Origin: Paramecium tetraurelia
Lineage: Eukaryota
DNA length: 27,606 bases
Direction of reading: 5' to 3'
Assembly: GCA_000165425.1 (NCBI GenBank)
Contig: CT868662.1
Location: 330,013 to 357,618, forward strand
Shown here: one piece after another, positions 1 through 11,954 of the stretch
How positions within the stretch are numbered: position 1 is the first letter of the stretch
Layout: each line of letters begins with the position of its first letter
Made by a program: the position numbers and the translations under genes
The notes under the pieces: model-generated
Databases searched by the model: none
Seen by the model: only the letters and a program-made list of their open reading frames with translations
What the model was told of the DNA's origin: nothing

Positions 1-658
1 TTCTATCTAACTTAGTTTCTTTAGTTTGAACTTTTTAAAGACAATTCTAAGTGGATTAATTACTTTTAATGAATAGATCCTCCTTGTTACTTGCTGATGA
101 AATTATCAATTAAAAATTTTTATTCGCAGATTAAATTCTTTTACTGTTAAGAGGATTATTTATGCTGTTGCTTCTTTCTTCTACCTTTGGGATATTAGAA
201 ATAGAACTAGTTTTTTTATTTTTTTATATGACTGGCTCTGCTGAATATACTAATTCAATCAACTGATTATTGGAATCAGTAACCAACTTCAATGATGAGT
301 TCTTATGCATCTATTTGCTAGAATTGATCTTATTTAAATTATCGATTTCATTCTATTATTCCCTTTAAGTTAGTGGGTACTATTTATGAAGATGAAAATT
401 CCTGTAGTTTAGGAGTTAACCTTTCTGATTAAATTTAAACAGTTTCTCATTATCTTTTCTATCGCTGCACAATTAAACGAAATTACATTCCTCTTTCAGT
501 GACTTAACTCTATTTGAGGCTCCTTTTAAGTACTGTCTTTTATAGTTGGTTTTGGTTATTGGCATCCTTTAAAAATCTCTATAATTCGAGATACCATTTG
601 TAGAAATGGTTCTCAATCCTCTTAAATCTTAAAGTGAAACAGATATTGATGAAAGCAT
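1..658 (-). CDS. Hypothetical protein, 3' end outside the window (MLSSISVSLQDLRGLRTISTNGISNYRDFQRMPITKTNYKRQ...)
   Basis: ATG at 658, 55 bp downstream of the TGA of the 714-3923 gene. The hand-translated N-terminus is open under the ciliate code (TAA/TAG=Gln) and the gene runs toward the window edge. Confidence 0.7.
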
Positions 659-713
659 AATTAATTTAATAATATATCATAAACAAATAACATTTTACAA
701 AATAAACATAATT

Positions 714-3700
714 TCATTCAACAAATATATTTAGAGTTTCTAAAATCTCATTTTTTGCTCCTTCTGGGTCTGTTTGAGACTATTCCCAATACAATGAGAA
801 TGCTCCTACTAATTTTGCATGGTCCTTATGATACTCATGTGCAATTTCTTTTAATTTCAATAATTGATTTTCAGATAAGAGATTCTCCGTCTCTAACTGC
901 TCTAATAATTATTAGATCATTTCTACTCATATAATAAATTATATTACATTACCGCAATAGTCTTAATATACTTTTGATGCTCTCTACAAAATCATCAATA
1001 TTCTTGGAATACAAGTAGATTTCAAAAACGCCCTTAATTCTTTACTCATTTTTTTTCTTACTAATCTCATTCAACATATAATCATCAATTTTCAATTAAC
1101 CATCTTTTTACAGTTTTTTTAATAGGTCTTCGAAAGTGATGAATTGATGTGATTTTTTAAGTGAATCTTATTGACTTAATTTTTTGATTGCTGCTATAAA
1201 TCCATTCAAATCCTAATCTTATTAATATTGAGAATAGAGTTCGATGATGCTGTTTTCACCTTAGCCACTTGCAATGGTTTCTAATCTGCTTTTCTCTTCA
1301 GCTGAAAAGTATTGTTTTATTTATGATAATATCTCTTTGGCTCCCAAAACAGGTGTGTTTAATTATGGCTGTTCCAATGGAGATAAGTCAGATCCAACTT
1401 AGTTAATCTAAAATTAATGGATGTAATAAGTACATTAGTGAATTTACTATATTGTTTAATAATCATCTTAAGGGTTTCCAACATATCTTCGGCATCTTGA
1501 TTTTACAAATATGTTTCCAGTGTTCCTAATACTTATAAATCATTTTCTTTAAACATTTTCAATAGATATACTTTTTCATTTTCTTATAGATGTTTTTATA
1601 ATGTAAATTACCTCACTTAATTCATAAATAAATTATACATCTTGGTTTTTCTATAATCCTGAGTATCATTTTATTTTTCAGAGAGCAATTTGCTATTTAA
1701 AATATAGATTCTTTTACATCAATTTTGCTCTAGTATTCATTACAATGCGAGAGGAATTGAACCCTTTAATTATTTCATAAAGTTATTCATTATGATCCGA
1801 GAACAATTATTCAACTTATCTCAACTTTTTTTCATCCAAATCCATTTAACTTATCATATCTTAAAAATTTTAGTTAATCTCCATTTCTATTTAAATAGAA
1901 TAGAATTTTTAGATATTGATATCATATTAAATTCTCTATTCTTACTTTCTTTAAATAAAATTCTCTTCACTAACAATTAGATCCTAAATAGCCACATTAT
2001 TTGATTTCTTCTGAGACAACTCTTATTTTGAATCATTTTATTAGCTACTCTACTATTATGCTTCTTACTATTTTTCTTATTGCATTGGTTAAATTGGAAA
2101 GTTTTGGAATAATTGAACTCTTTTTAATTCATCAGATATTTTACCATAAGATTGATAATTGTTACCATTTTCATCCTACTACTATAGTTTTGGTTAAGGA
2201 GGAGGCGAGAGAGATTCATTAACTAGATTTTAAAATTTTGGCATCAATACGCAGAATGGAGATGGAGCCTTAGATGATTGAAATTTGAAGAGATTAATTT
2301 CCTTTGATTATTAATTCGTTTATTTTTCTGGGCCTGTTAAAAGTTGGTTTTAATTATGAATTTATTATAGAGATTTCCTCAAATCATCAATAAAATAATT
2401 AACATTGGTCTCATATCTAAAATGTTATAATGTAGCATAAATAAATCCTGATTTTGAATTTTTTTATTCTTAGATGATAGTAATTTCTGATTTCTTGAAA
2501 TTTTAATTAAGTAATTCATTGAATTTAGTATCTGCATAAAGTTGCAAAGGCTTTAAAGAGACCTATTCTTTCTTAATTTCTTTTTTACAAATATCTGTGC
2601 ACATTCTAATTACCACTTAATCTTTTTGACTCCACAGATGATTGATAATACCATATTATTCAGATGTGAAATTGCAATTATATTTTTCCATAATGAACTT
2701 TTTAACATCCTCCACAGATTCTGAAATATTATTATTTACTGGTTATTTGGTCTACTTTAAATTTTAAAATGGTGAAGCAGGTCTTTATTGATTTGTTGAC
2801 TTCTCAATTATGTTATTCAATCTCACACATAATCCTTATATATCTAGTATTCTTTGAGAATACTACAATAAAATAGCAATAATCTCTTTATTCTCTTCAA
2901 TCAGAAGTTTTTTGACCAATCTGGTCATTGTTATATCAAGTAAATTCTTGTCTTCCAATTCAGCAACAACCCTAAACAAAAGATTTTACTGATTTATTAT
3001 TGATTCATAGGGATTTGATAGATTATATATGACTTGATCTTCAGGTATGTCGCTACCTCTTGATGCTTCACGTTAAATAACCTGTGCTTACACTCTAGTA
3101 CTATATCGAGAACCAATTAATTTAGAATTGTTCAAACCTTAATTAGTGTGTATTTAGGATTCTTCAACCAATTTTCTTATAGATTTACTTCTTCTCTTTT
3201 CTGGTGACTATTATGAAGACAATTAAGATTAATTTCTGATGTTAGAATTCATGACACTATGTCCTAAGATTTTAGTCTAAACAAGTTTTTATAGTATCTC
3301 ATCAATCTACTTCATTTTTTTATCGTTATTCAATTAAATTGATACAATTCTTTTTGATCCTTTGTACACCCATAATGTATTGCTTTGAATATCATATTCT
3401 CTGTTTTAATCATGCAATCTATTGTTGAAACAATAATAAAAGTTGATCCAAGGGTTTAGGTTGTTAATTAAAGGTTCCAAGCCAATTAGAAAATCAAATC
3501 CTAATCCATCGTTTTCATCAATCAGATAAATGCAAGTGTACTATTCATCGCCCAGCATATTCTAAAACTCTTCCATATCGTAAATAAAGTCAATAAAATG
3601 AAGCTTATTATTGTATTCTGAAGTTGAACTATATTTCAAAGTTGTTTAATATAACTTATTATCTGTCACAGGTTACCCATCATCACTTACTAATGTGAAT

Positions 3701-3923
3701 TTGTTGCACCTTGTTTAATTCAATTATTAGACAAATTATACTAAATCAAAATAATTGCCTACGCTTTATTTATTTAAGATTTACCATCTGAATCAATCAA
3801 TCCAATAACTTTATTCTTTATATTAAATAATTGTCCTAATAATATTTATAAAGACTAAACATTTATTCTTCCATCCAAATTCAATTATTTCACTCTATTC
3901 TAATATTTGATAGTCAGTAACAT
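714..3923 (-). CDS. ~1035-aa protein with a PB1/ubiquitin-like N-terminus and repeated helical modules
   Basis: Starts MLLTIKYQNRVKQLNLDGRINVQSLQILLGQLFNIKNKVIGLIDSDGNYFDL and ends ...NEILETLNIFVE-TGA (714-716). Introns at 3759-3784, 1693-1717, 1408-1433 and 923-947 give a spliced length of 3108 nt, a multiple of 3. Confidence 0.8.
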
Positions 3924-4171
3924 ATAAATTAATATTTATTTTTTATAATTACGCTCTAATCTTATACCTTTCATTTTTATTATGTAAAGTTATTATTAGT
4001 ACTCCACCAATTTACTGTAACTCCAAGAAATAATATATCATAACAATTATACAATATTTAGTTAATTTATACTCTTTAATATAAGAGATATCTTTATAAA
4101 ACTAATATGATATTACAATTAATTATAAAAATAACATTTAAAGTCGTACTCTTATTAGACTTTGTGTAGTT

Positions 4172-5449
4172 TCAGTGATATTAAATACTCTTTAAACTCT
4201 CTAAACTTGATTGGCTTTGTTTTTTGAATGACTTTTCTATGACTTTAGTAAGATGAATTAATTTCAGTTTGATGTTCTCATCATTTAACTTAATAATTAT
4301 TAATTATATATACTTTTTAAATTAAACACTCCATTGATGATCTGATTTACCCTTATAATGTTTCTTTCTCCTACTAAATTGTTGAGATCATCTTATTGTA
4401 TTTGAGGATTTTTGTAAAGTTAGCTTTTGTTGTGTTCAATATTAATTCTAAATAGTTGTTATTTATTTAACGAGATGTAACTATTTCTTCAAAATTAGCA
4501 GTCACTTAACAAGCAGTTTTAGCTATCTAATTCACTAGTTTCTGTTGTAATTTATCAAAAACAATAGAGATGTCATTATTATCTATTTATTATGAAGCTA
4601 AAAGACTTTATTGAACTTAACCACTCATATTAAAATACTTTCTTTGATGGTTTAGTTAGGTGAGTATTTTATTATATATAAAATTAAATTGTTATGATGT
4701 TAGCATTTTATCTATAATATTATCTTAATGAAACAAAAGTTTGAATTGCATTTAATATATTTCTTTGGTTTGTTAAAGTTCTCTCTTTAAGCTTTTAATT
4801 TCTTTTAGAATTGCTTGAAACTTTAATTTTATTCTATCAAAACTAAATGACTGAAGTTTTTTATTTTTTTGATAAAAGTCTTTTGCACTAGTATTTGATA
4901 GGATTTTCATGTTTTCAATTTGAAGAATATAGTTTTTTTTCTAGTATTTTATCATTTGATCTTATAGTTATTAATTTAGAATGCCTTCTACTTCTTTATT
5001 GAGACACTTGGATTCAATAAATTTTGTAATGATGTCCAAAGCTGTCTGATAATCAAGTTTATCATATTTTTATATTGTAAAATTTATCAGTTAATTTTCA
5101 CTTAACTTTTAAACATTGAAAATCAATTATTATTCAATTTCATATAATATTTCTTAATGTTCATCTTCAGCAGATAAAATAGACTCTTAAGGAGCATTTT
5201 CTTAAACCAATTATTATTAGAGTTGCTAAATCATAGCATTTAATTTATCTATTTCGGAAGTAAATTTCAAACACTAAAATAATTTGAATGTTATACATCA
5301 TTTTCAGCTGCCCACAATATTGCAATCATTTGTCTAACAGATAAATCTGTGTCTTTCATACTGTCAATGATTGTTGCGTAATCTTACTTCAAGATTTATA
5401 AATGAGGGTCCTGGCCCAATTTTTGTATTAATTGATCATAATTATTCAT
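4172..5449 (-). CDS. ~409-aa hypothetical protein, likely coiled-coil
   Basis: MNNYDQLIQKLGQDPHLQILKQDYATIIDSMKD...LESLKSIQYH-TGA. Introns 5274-5296 (23 nt) and 4289-4313 (25 nt) restore one continuous frame of 1230 nt. Confidence 0.8.
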
Positions 5450-6007
5450 ATAAATAATAGTAATAAATGTTAGAACATTACAAATATTTAAAACATAAGA
5501 AATTTTCAGTTGCTTAGTTCGGTAGTTTTAGAAAATTTGGTTTCATTGATAAAATTAAAACATAGAATTCACCAATTTTATAGTAGTATATTTTTTGAGT
5601 ATATTGTGTTTATTGAATAAGTATTTCTTTTATGTTGTTTTTATTTATTTGATAATGTATTCAAAGTCAGAGGGAGAGGTGATATAATGAGTCAATTCAT
5701 TAAAAATTTGTCCAGTCTAAATCAATAATAAATTAATACTTCATCATTTATTATTTTTATGTTTATTTTGTTTTCATCTGAAAATATGATTGACAGTCCT
5801 CTATATATTTGTTGATTACTTGTTAATTTATTGATATTTCAAGTTTGAATGTATATTATAGTTATGGTTAGATATCATTGGAAGTTTGTAATACTATACT
5901 AATTTAGGAGTGGATTCTGAGAAATATTTGTTATTTACTGATTACTCAATAAGACGAGAATGATGTTTATATATTTGAGGATATTTATATAAAATAGTTA
6001 ATTAAAA

Positions 6008-6547
6008 TCATTCAAGAGTGTCAAAGAATTCTTAAATTGTGTTTTGTCGACGAGGTTTCCTTATTGGAATTTGAAACCAATCTTTTCCATAGAGGTTCTC
6101 AACATAATCAGTAAATGTTACTAACTGATACAATTTGTTTTCTTTATTTTTTTTTTATTGTTTTTGAATATGCGCATCATCAATATTATTGAAGAAATCA
6201 TCAAGATCATTCTTGACTTCTATTTTTAAGGTTGGTTGAGATTGAAAGTTTTCATGTCTTCTAAAACGAAAGGTTTTATGAGGCTTTTATGTATCCTATG
6301 CACTTTCAAAATCATCTATTTTAGAGAGCATTTTCTTTAAATTGAATTCAGATGGTCTTTGTGTTTTAAGGCTATTCTGACTTTCCATTAGGTTATCAAT
6401 GCTATCATACTTCATTGGAGATTAATTCAGAAATTGCCTCGATTTGTCAGGCGACTTCAAAGGAGATTAAAATAAGGTTTCTTAATCGTAATCTGAAGTA
6501 AACAAATTTTTGGTTAGATAGGATAGATTTGTTTTCCTATTAATCAT
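6008..6547 (-). CDS. 179-aa hypothetical protein, intronless
   Basis: MINRKTNLSYLTKNLFTSDYDQETLFQSPLKSPDKSRQ...GKDWFQIPIRKPRRQNTIQEFFDTLE-TGA, 540 nt open under the ciliate code. Confidence 0.75.
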
Positions 6548-6623
6548 GCCAAATTTATATATTAATTATCGAATTTCAGAATTTACTGTACTCATAATTA
6601 AATTTATTCATATAAAAGAGATA

Positions 6624-7263
6624 TCAATCTTGGCCACTTGACAATGTAGCTTCAATAGCCTGAGTATTATTTGATTAGTATAGGGTTTTCTATTCTTATA
6701 TCAATCGTTAGATATTTAGATCTCGTCTCTTGTGATTCAATTTAAATTGATAATGTTATTCCATAGGAATTCTATTGAATTAGAGATTTTATTCTTATTA
6801 TCGAATTTTTGAGTAATGCCAACTCTTTTATAAATTTCGAACTTCTTCAAAATGCTTTCTATTTTGTTCTAATAATGGTTAATGCTATGATTAGAATGGA
6901 GATACTTGAGGTTTATTATGGAGCAATCCACAAAGTTTGGCATGTTTGATGATTTGATTCATCTCAGCAGCAGAGTATATCTTGGTGGAATTCATTTCTG
7001 ATAGTTTTCTATTCACACTATAAGAACTATTTCTGCTTTGGAAACTTTCATCATTGTATTTCATAGATTGAGATCTCTGTTTCGAAACTCTGTCTATGTG
7101 ATCCAAATAACCAGGAGTTATATGGTTATCCATTGGTTAAGCTTCTGACACTTTGAGACTAATCATCATTATGATCATAATACTTCGAAATTCCCAACAG
7201 ATCCCTATATTTTCGAATGTATTATTGTTTCCATTTTAATTTATTTGGATTCTCTAAATTCAT
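6624..7263 (-). CDS. 204-aa hypothetical protein
   Basis: MNLENPNKLKWKQQYIRKYRDLLGIS, then a 25-nt intron (7159-7183), joins the track ORF MDNHITPGYLDH... It reads through TAA(Gln) to TGA at 6624-6626. Confidence 0.8.
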
Positions 7264-7377
7264 TAATTATAAATATTATCATATTTTGTATTTCCTTATA
7301 TTTTATATAAATATAATTAGCAAAAATGGAGCTAATAAAATCCTGAAAATTATTGTAATATATAAATACAAAAATAC

Positions 7378-8312
7378 ATGACCACTCCTGTATGATTAAT
7401 ATTAATTAGCTTAGATAGAAGTTTAATATTGAGGATTGTTCAGAATCAGAAAAGGAAGAAACCCAAAAGAAATCATCTGAAAATTAACCCTTATTTTAAA
7501 CATCCTTATTTGAAACAACAAATACCAAACAATTAAAGAAGAAACCATTAGCCAAACTGACTCTCCAAGATTTCTTAACAAATTATGATCAAAATTTTGA
7601 TGATGTTTTTGGAGAAAAAGAACTATAACCTAAAGAACAGGTAAATAAAAAGAAGAAGAAGAAACCAGCATAAAAGAAAAAACCAAGATCTGATTCTGAA
7701 TCTGAATTTAAATCCATGCCTAAAAAGGAACAGATTGTAGATTCTGAATAATCAAACGAAAAACAAATTGAATATACTCTTGTAAAAGAACAAACATAGA
7801 GGAATTAGAAAAAACATAGATTAACAAAAATTAATAGTAGTAAATTAACATCTGAAGAGAAATCGAATGAAGTCAAAAGATATGATCCAAATTCTGTTGA
7901 TCTACCAGAAAACACTAAAGCAGAGAAGAAGAATTTCAAATTGAGAAAATTTCTATTTAGCTTCGGTTTGGAACAATAAAATCCTGAAGATGATTAAGAA
8001 TAAGAAGAAGAAAAGGAGGAATAAGTTGAAGAATAAAAAGAAAGTGTTAAAGAATTGAATAATAAAAAGAAAGATAATAATACAAATGAAAATAATGATA
8101 ATTAAATAGAATAATTGGATATTGATTAAATCGAAAATAAAAAAAGGAGAAAATAACCTAAAACGCAGAATAATAAGTAATAAGAAAAAGAAAAAGTACA
8201 AAAATAACCAGAAGTAGATCTTAAAACTATGCTTAATCTTGATACTTTGAAATAGAATGTCTACATTCCAGAATGCAATCCTAAAGATAATGTTGATGAT
8301 ATTAATTAATGA
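7378..8312 (+). CDS. 304-aa low-complexity Lys/Glu/Gln-rich protein with basic NLS-like stretches
   Basis: MTTP, then a 20-nt intron (7390-7409), then LRQKFNIEDCSESEKEE...PKDNVDDINQ-TGA. Spliced length is 915 nt. Confidence 0.75.
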
Positions 8313-8329
8313 TTATACATATTATCTTA

Positions 8330-8914
8330 TCATTTTTATTATAAATGGTGATGCCATTTGGTTTTCTCTGATAAGATGCCTGGATTTGTAACATTTCCAA
8401 ATTTCCCAAAATTGCCATAAACATTGTGAGCTGTGCTTAGAAAGTGTCGTTTCACATTGAAACTAAATTAATTCTCATTTAATACTGTCTTTCTCCTAAT
8501 TCTACTTGGGATGCATTTTTAGTGAGAATTGGAGCATCAGGTTCAGGTAATCTGGATCTGAATGAACCTGTGTGATAGGGTTCCAATAATTTATTAGTGG
8601 AACCAACATGTAAATAAGGTTTGACTTTATAATCATCACTCATATAAAAATAAATGGATTACGCATAAGTTGATGTTGTGTATGTAGATTTTGTTTCGTG
8701 TTCAGCTGGAGTCTTGTTTGCAATTTCATAGAATGGAACAGCCTTTTGATAATACTGTTATTACTTCTGGATTTCCTTGTTTCATTCTCACATAAGAACA
8801 TGAACTAACTTTTGTGCTTTTGAAAAAAGCGGCTGATTTATCTAACTTCAAGGATGGATGGAGTACCATTCTGCCACTATGAATTGATTGTTTAGTCTCG
8901 GACGGTTGTGACAT
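8330..8914 (-). CDS. ~171-179-aa basic protein, candidate ciliary microtubule-associated protein
   Basis: MSQPSETKQSIHSGRMVLHP...; introns 8743-8764 and 8463-8485, plus a possible 24-nt intron at 8639-8662. C-terminus is YHTGSFRSRLPEPDAPILTKNASQVELGERHFNVKRHFLSTAHNVY...WHHHLQQK-TGA. The gene model is solid; the function is inference from short ST-Y-type motifs. Confidence 0.75.
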
Positions 8915-8938
8915 TATATTAATTATTTATTTTAATTA

Positions 8939-9931
8939 ATGAGATCTAATCATTAATACAATTATAATTATAAATTAGACTAAATATTTTCCAGAGAAAA
9001 GTAATCCATCATATATACATATATTAGGTCTTATGATCTTCATTTGAAAAAATTGAGTGAAATTAAAAGCAAAAAATCTCATTCGTAATCAAGAGTCTAA
9101 CATATAGAAATCTTAGAAAAGAGAAATAATATCAGGCAATAAAGAAGACGTTTTGATCTCAGTGGTATGTTTTCATGAAGATTTTAATAAATTTAGAACA
9201 ATCAGAACGAATCAATAAGGGAAACAGTTAGTTATATTAAAAAATAACAGAAATCTGCAATAGGCCGATGTAATAAGATTACTATAAATATGAAGATGAA
9301 AATCTACATCATCCTCATAATTTAAATTTAACTTTTCGCAAAATACAAGCTTAATAAATTTAACATGAAAACATTAAATTAGCTGATCGACTCATGAAAC
9401 AAGAACCTGTCCTAAAAATGGACGAGTATTCTCATTAATATAAAGAAAACAAAAGGTTGATGCAAAGACTTCAAAGATATCAATAATGTCAACAATATGT
9501 CAATTCAATTAGGTAATCTTATATCTATTTTAGAAATAACTTGACTCTATCCAATCGTGATACAACAAATAATAGTTCAATATCCTAGAAGAAGAAGGAT
9601 AAATTGTAGTTATAACCAATACTCAAGTAAATAAACATATTTAAATCTTAGTGTCAAGAATAAATCAATTGATGTAACAGAGTTAGAAAAAATCAATTAT
9701 TTAATAAATCATGAAGACGAAGCAACTTTAAAGGAACTTCTATAATTATAAGAAAAGTAATAATAATAAGATGAAAAGAATTAGACAAAGTAAGAATTGC
9801 CTGAAATTCCTCAACTCAATGAGGAATCCTAAATTGAAACTATCAGACAAGATGAAATTGTAGAAAACCAAATTTAATAATAGATAGATAATGAAGTCAA
9901 ACAATAAAGTGATGATATTGATTAATAATGA
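8939..9931 (+). CDS. CFAP97/KIAA1430 (hemingway)-like coiled-coil protein, ~295 aa
   Basis: Introns 9001-9027, 9165-9196, 9513-9533 and 9627-9651 (888 nt spliced). Contains YDLHLKKLSEIK, RINKGNSQLYQKITEI and LNLTFRKIQAQQIQHENIKLADRLMKQEP, matching the repeated I-x-x-EN-x-x-L-x-x-R/K-L pattern of this family as I recall it. Confidence 0.65.
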
Positions 9932-10010
9932 ATTATTTTGTTTTCTTAACAGTTTTACATAATAATAATATTAAATTTTATTTATTTATTAATATCAATT
10001 TAACAGTCAT

Positions 10011-11849
10011 ATGAAAAGCAAAGATTAAGTGCTCAAATAAGTATATGAAAGTATTAAATCATTATATCTAGATGACAATAAAACATTTGGTAAAAAAAAT
10101 AAGCCAAGAAATGAAGAACCCAATATGTTTGATATTATGAAATGGCCTCTACAATAAGATGAACCTTGGGATTTTAAAAAGAAAATTTAAGTGGAAAGAG
10201 AGCCAGAAACCAAAAAGGTAACTGCAAGAATTAATCATGAAAATTAACATTGGCAGACTGAAAATAAAGATAATTTTAGAAAAATTGAAAAATTAAAAGT
10301 CGATGATTCTTAAATTTATGTTTAAAGTAAGTGTAATTTTCATAAAATTTCTAGAATTAGATGATAAAACTATCAAAAATATAGCCAAATCATGCGAATG
10401 TTAAAATAGTAAGGCATAATAAACAAATAAACATTAATAATATTAATAACCAGAAGATTTAGATGAATAATATAAATTGCCTTTGAAATGGAATCCAAAA
10501 TAATAATCTGCATATAGAGATAACTATTAAGTGAAAGATATAAAGGATTAAAATGAACTTATGTATTAATTGGAATAAAACAACAAAAATTTTAAAGGGT
10601 AATACAAAGCATTGCATCCTTAAGGAGGATTTTATTATGAGGAATCTAAAAAAGAAGAGGAAGAAGCAGTAAGTTCTGAAGAGGAAGAGGAAGAGATTAA
10701 TGAATAATAGAATGACGACTAAGTAAAGAAGATGACAACCAAATTCATCAAGAAGGCGAAGACTTTAGATCCAAATAATCCTGAAGATGCTGAAAAATTG
10801 AAAAGAAGAAAGGAGAGAATTAAGAAGTTTTAAGGTGAAACACGTTGGATAGCAGATTCGGCATTCACAACATATTTTGGTAAACCTGCATGGGGTCCAT
10901 ATGGATATAATAATGTGAATCCTACAGTTGGAGGAATGATATATGGACAACATCTCTTATCACACAATGTTTAACCTCATAGAAATAAGAATGATCCATT
11001 TTACATTTAGACCTATCAGAATGCATTAAGGAAAGGAGCTGCTGTTGCTAATGTAGAACCAGAACCTCCAAGAAATTGCAGAGAAGAGGACAGATTAAAT
11101 CCAGAACAAGTTGATGCATTAAAATCAAGGAATCCTTTGACTCCATAACCTTACTAAGAATTAAAGAAGTAATTAGATTCAAAAGGTAAATAAGTAATAC
11201 CTGAGTTCAGCATTAAAAAACCAGATTTAGGTAACACTTTGCGATTTGCTTCTGAAGCAGGAAGCGTTTAAGGTGAATCACATCCATAGGAGAATTAGAA
11301 GAGTTAATAAAAGATAAAGAGGCCATAATCAGCCTTGGATAATAGAACATAGAAGTCATAAACTGAGAATAGGTCAAAAGTAAGTCATGATTAGAAAACA
11401 AAAGATTCAAAAAAGAAATTAGATAAGAAAGTTTAAATACAATCAGAATCAAATTTAAAAGTTGATGATCATTTGGCTATTCCTGATAAGGCAAGTAACA
11501 AGTTTATTGAAGAATTGAAATAGAAAAAGGAAAAGGCAAACAGATTGACTTGCAAAGTGAATGAGATAAATCCTTCATTATTGAAGCAATCACCCAAATA
11601 AGAGTAGAAGAATTAAATAACTGCTGATCTCTAAGAAGTTAAATCATTTGATGATAAGTACCATTGATTTTAATTAATAGAAATCCCCCTCCAAATTATT
11701 TGTAATCATTAGATCCAATTGAGTTGAATCCTAAAAACTACAAGGGAGTTCCTTCTGACTGGTTACATAGAATTCCATTTGCAGGTAAGAAACAAGATAT
11801 CATAAAGAATGGATAATAAACTAAAGAATGTTTTGATTATGGTTTTTGA
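10011..11849 (+). CDS. ~588-aa hypothetical protein with an acidic patch, WQTENKDNF and SAYRDNY motifs and a WIADSAFTTYFGKPAW segment
   Basis: Introns 10051-10071, 10327-10354 and 11658-11680 (1767 nt spliced). Ends ...QTKECFDYGF-TGA. Confidence 0.8.
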
Positions 11850-11954
11850 TTATATAATGATATCTATTGAATAAATTTGGTATCTTATATTATAATCTAT
11901 TTTTAATATAAAACCAATTAAATTAAGAATAATTAAAATAAAATTCAAATAGAA

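Noticed and set aside
1583..1611. GT...AG segment resembling a 29-nt intron
   Set aside because: Splicing it creates an immediate TGA, whereas the unspliced sequence is in frame (VRQFTLQKHLQENEK).
1792..2222. Track ORFs 1792-1980 and 2001-2222 (+), and similarly 7953-8201, 10765-10953, 11213-11452, 12067-12249, 14047-14232, 15440-15637 and 23597-23899
   Set aside because: They are antisense shadows of real ciliate-code genes on the opposite strand.
3741..3762. Alternative 22-nt intron in the 714-3923 gene
   Set aside because: It leads to a premature TGA; only 3759-3784 restores the frame.
7326..7346. Upstream ATG before the 7378 gene
   Set aside because: It reaches TGA after 6 codons; at most a uORF, with no supporting evidence.
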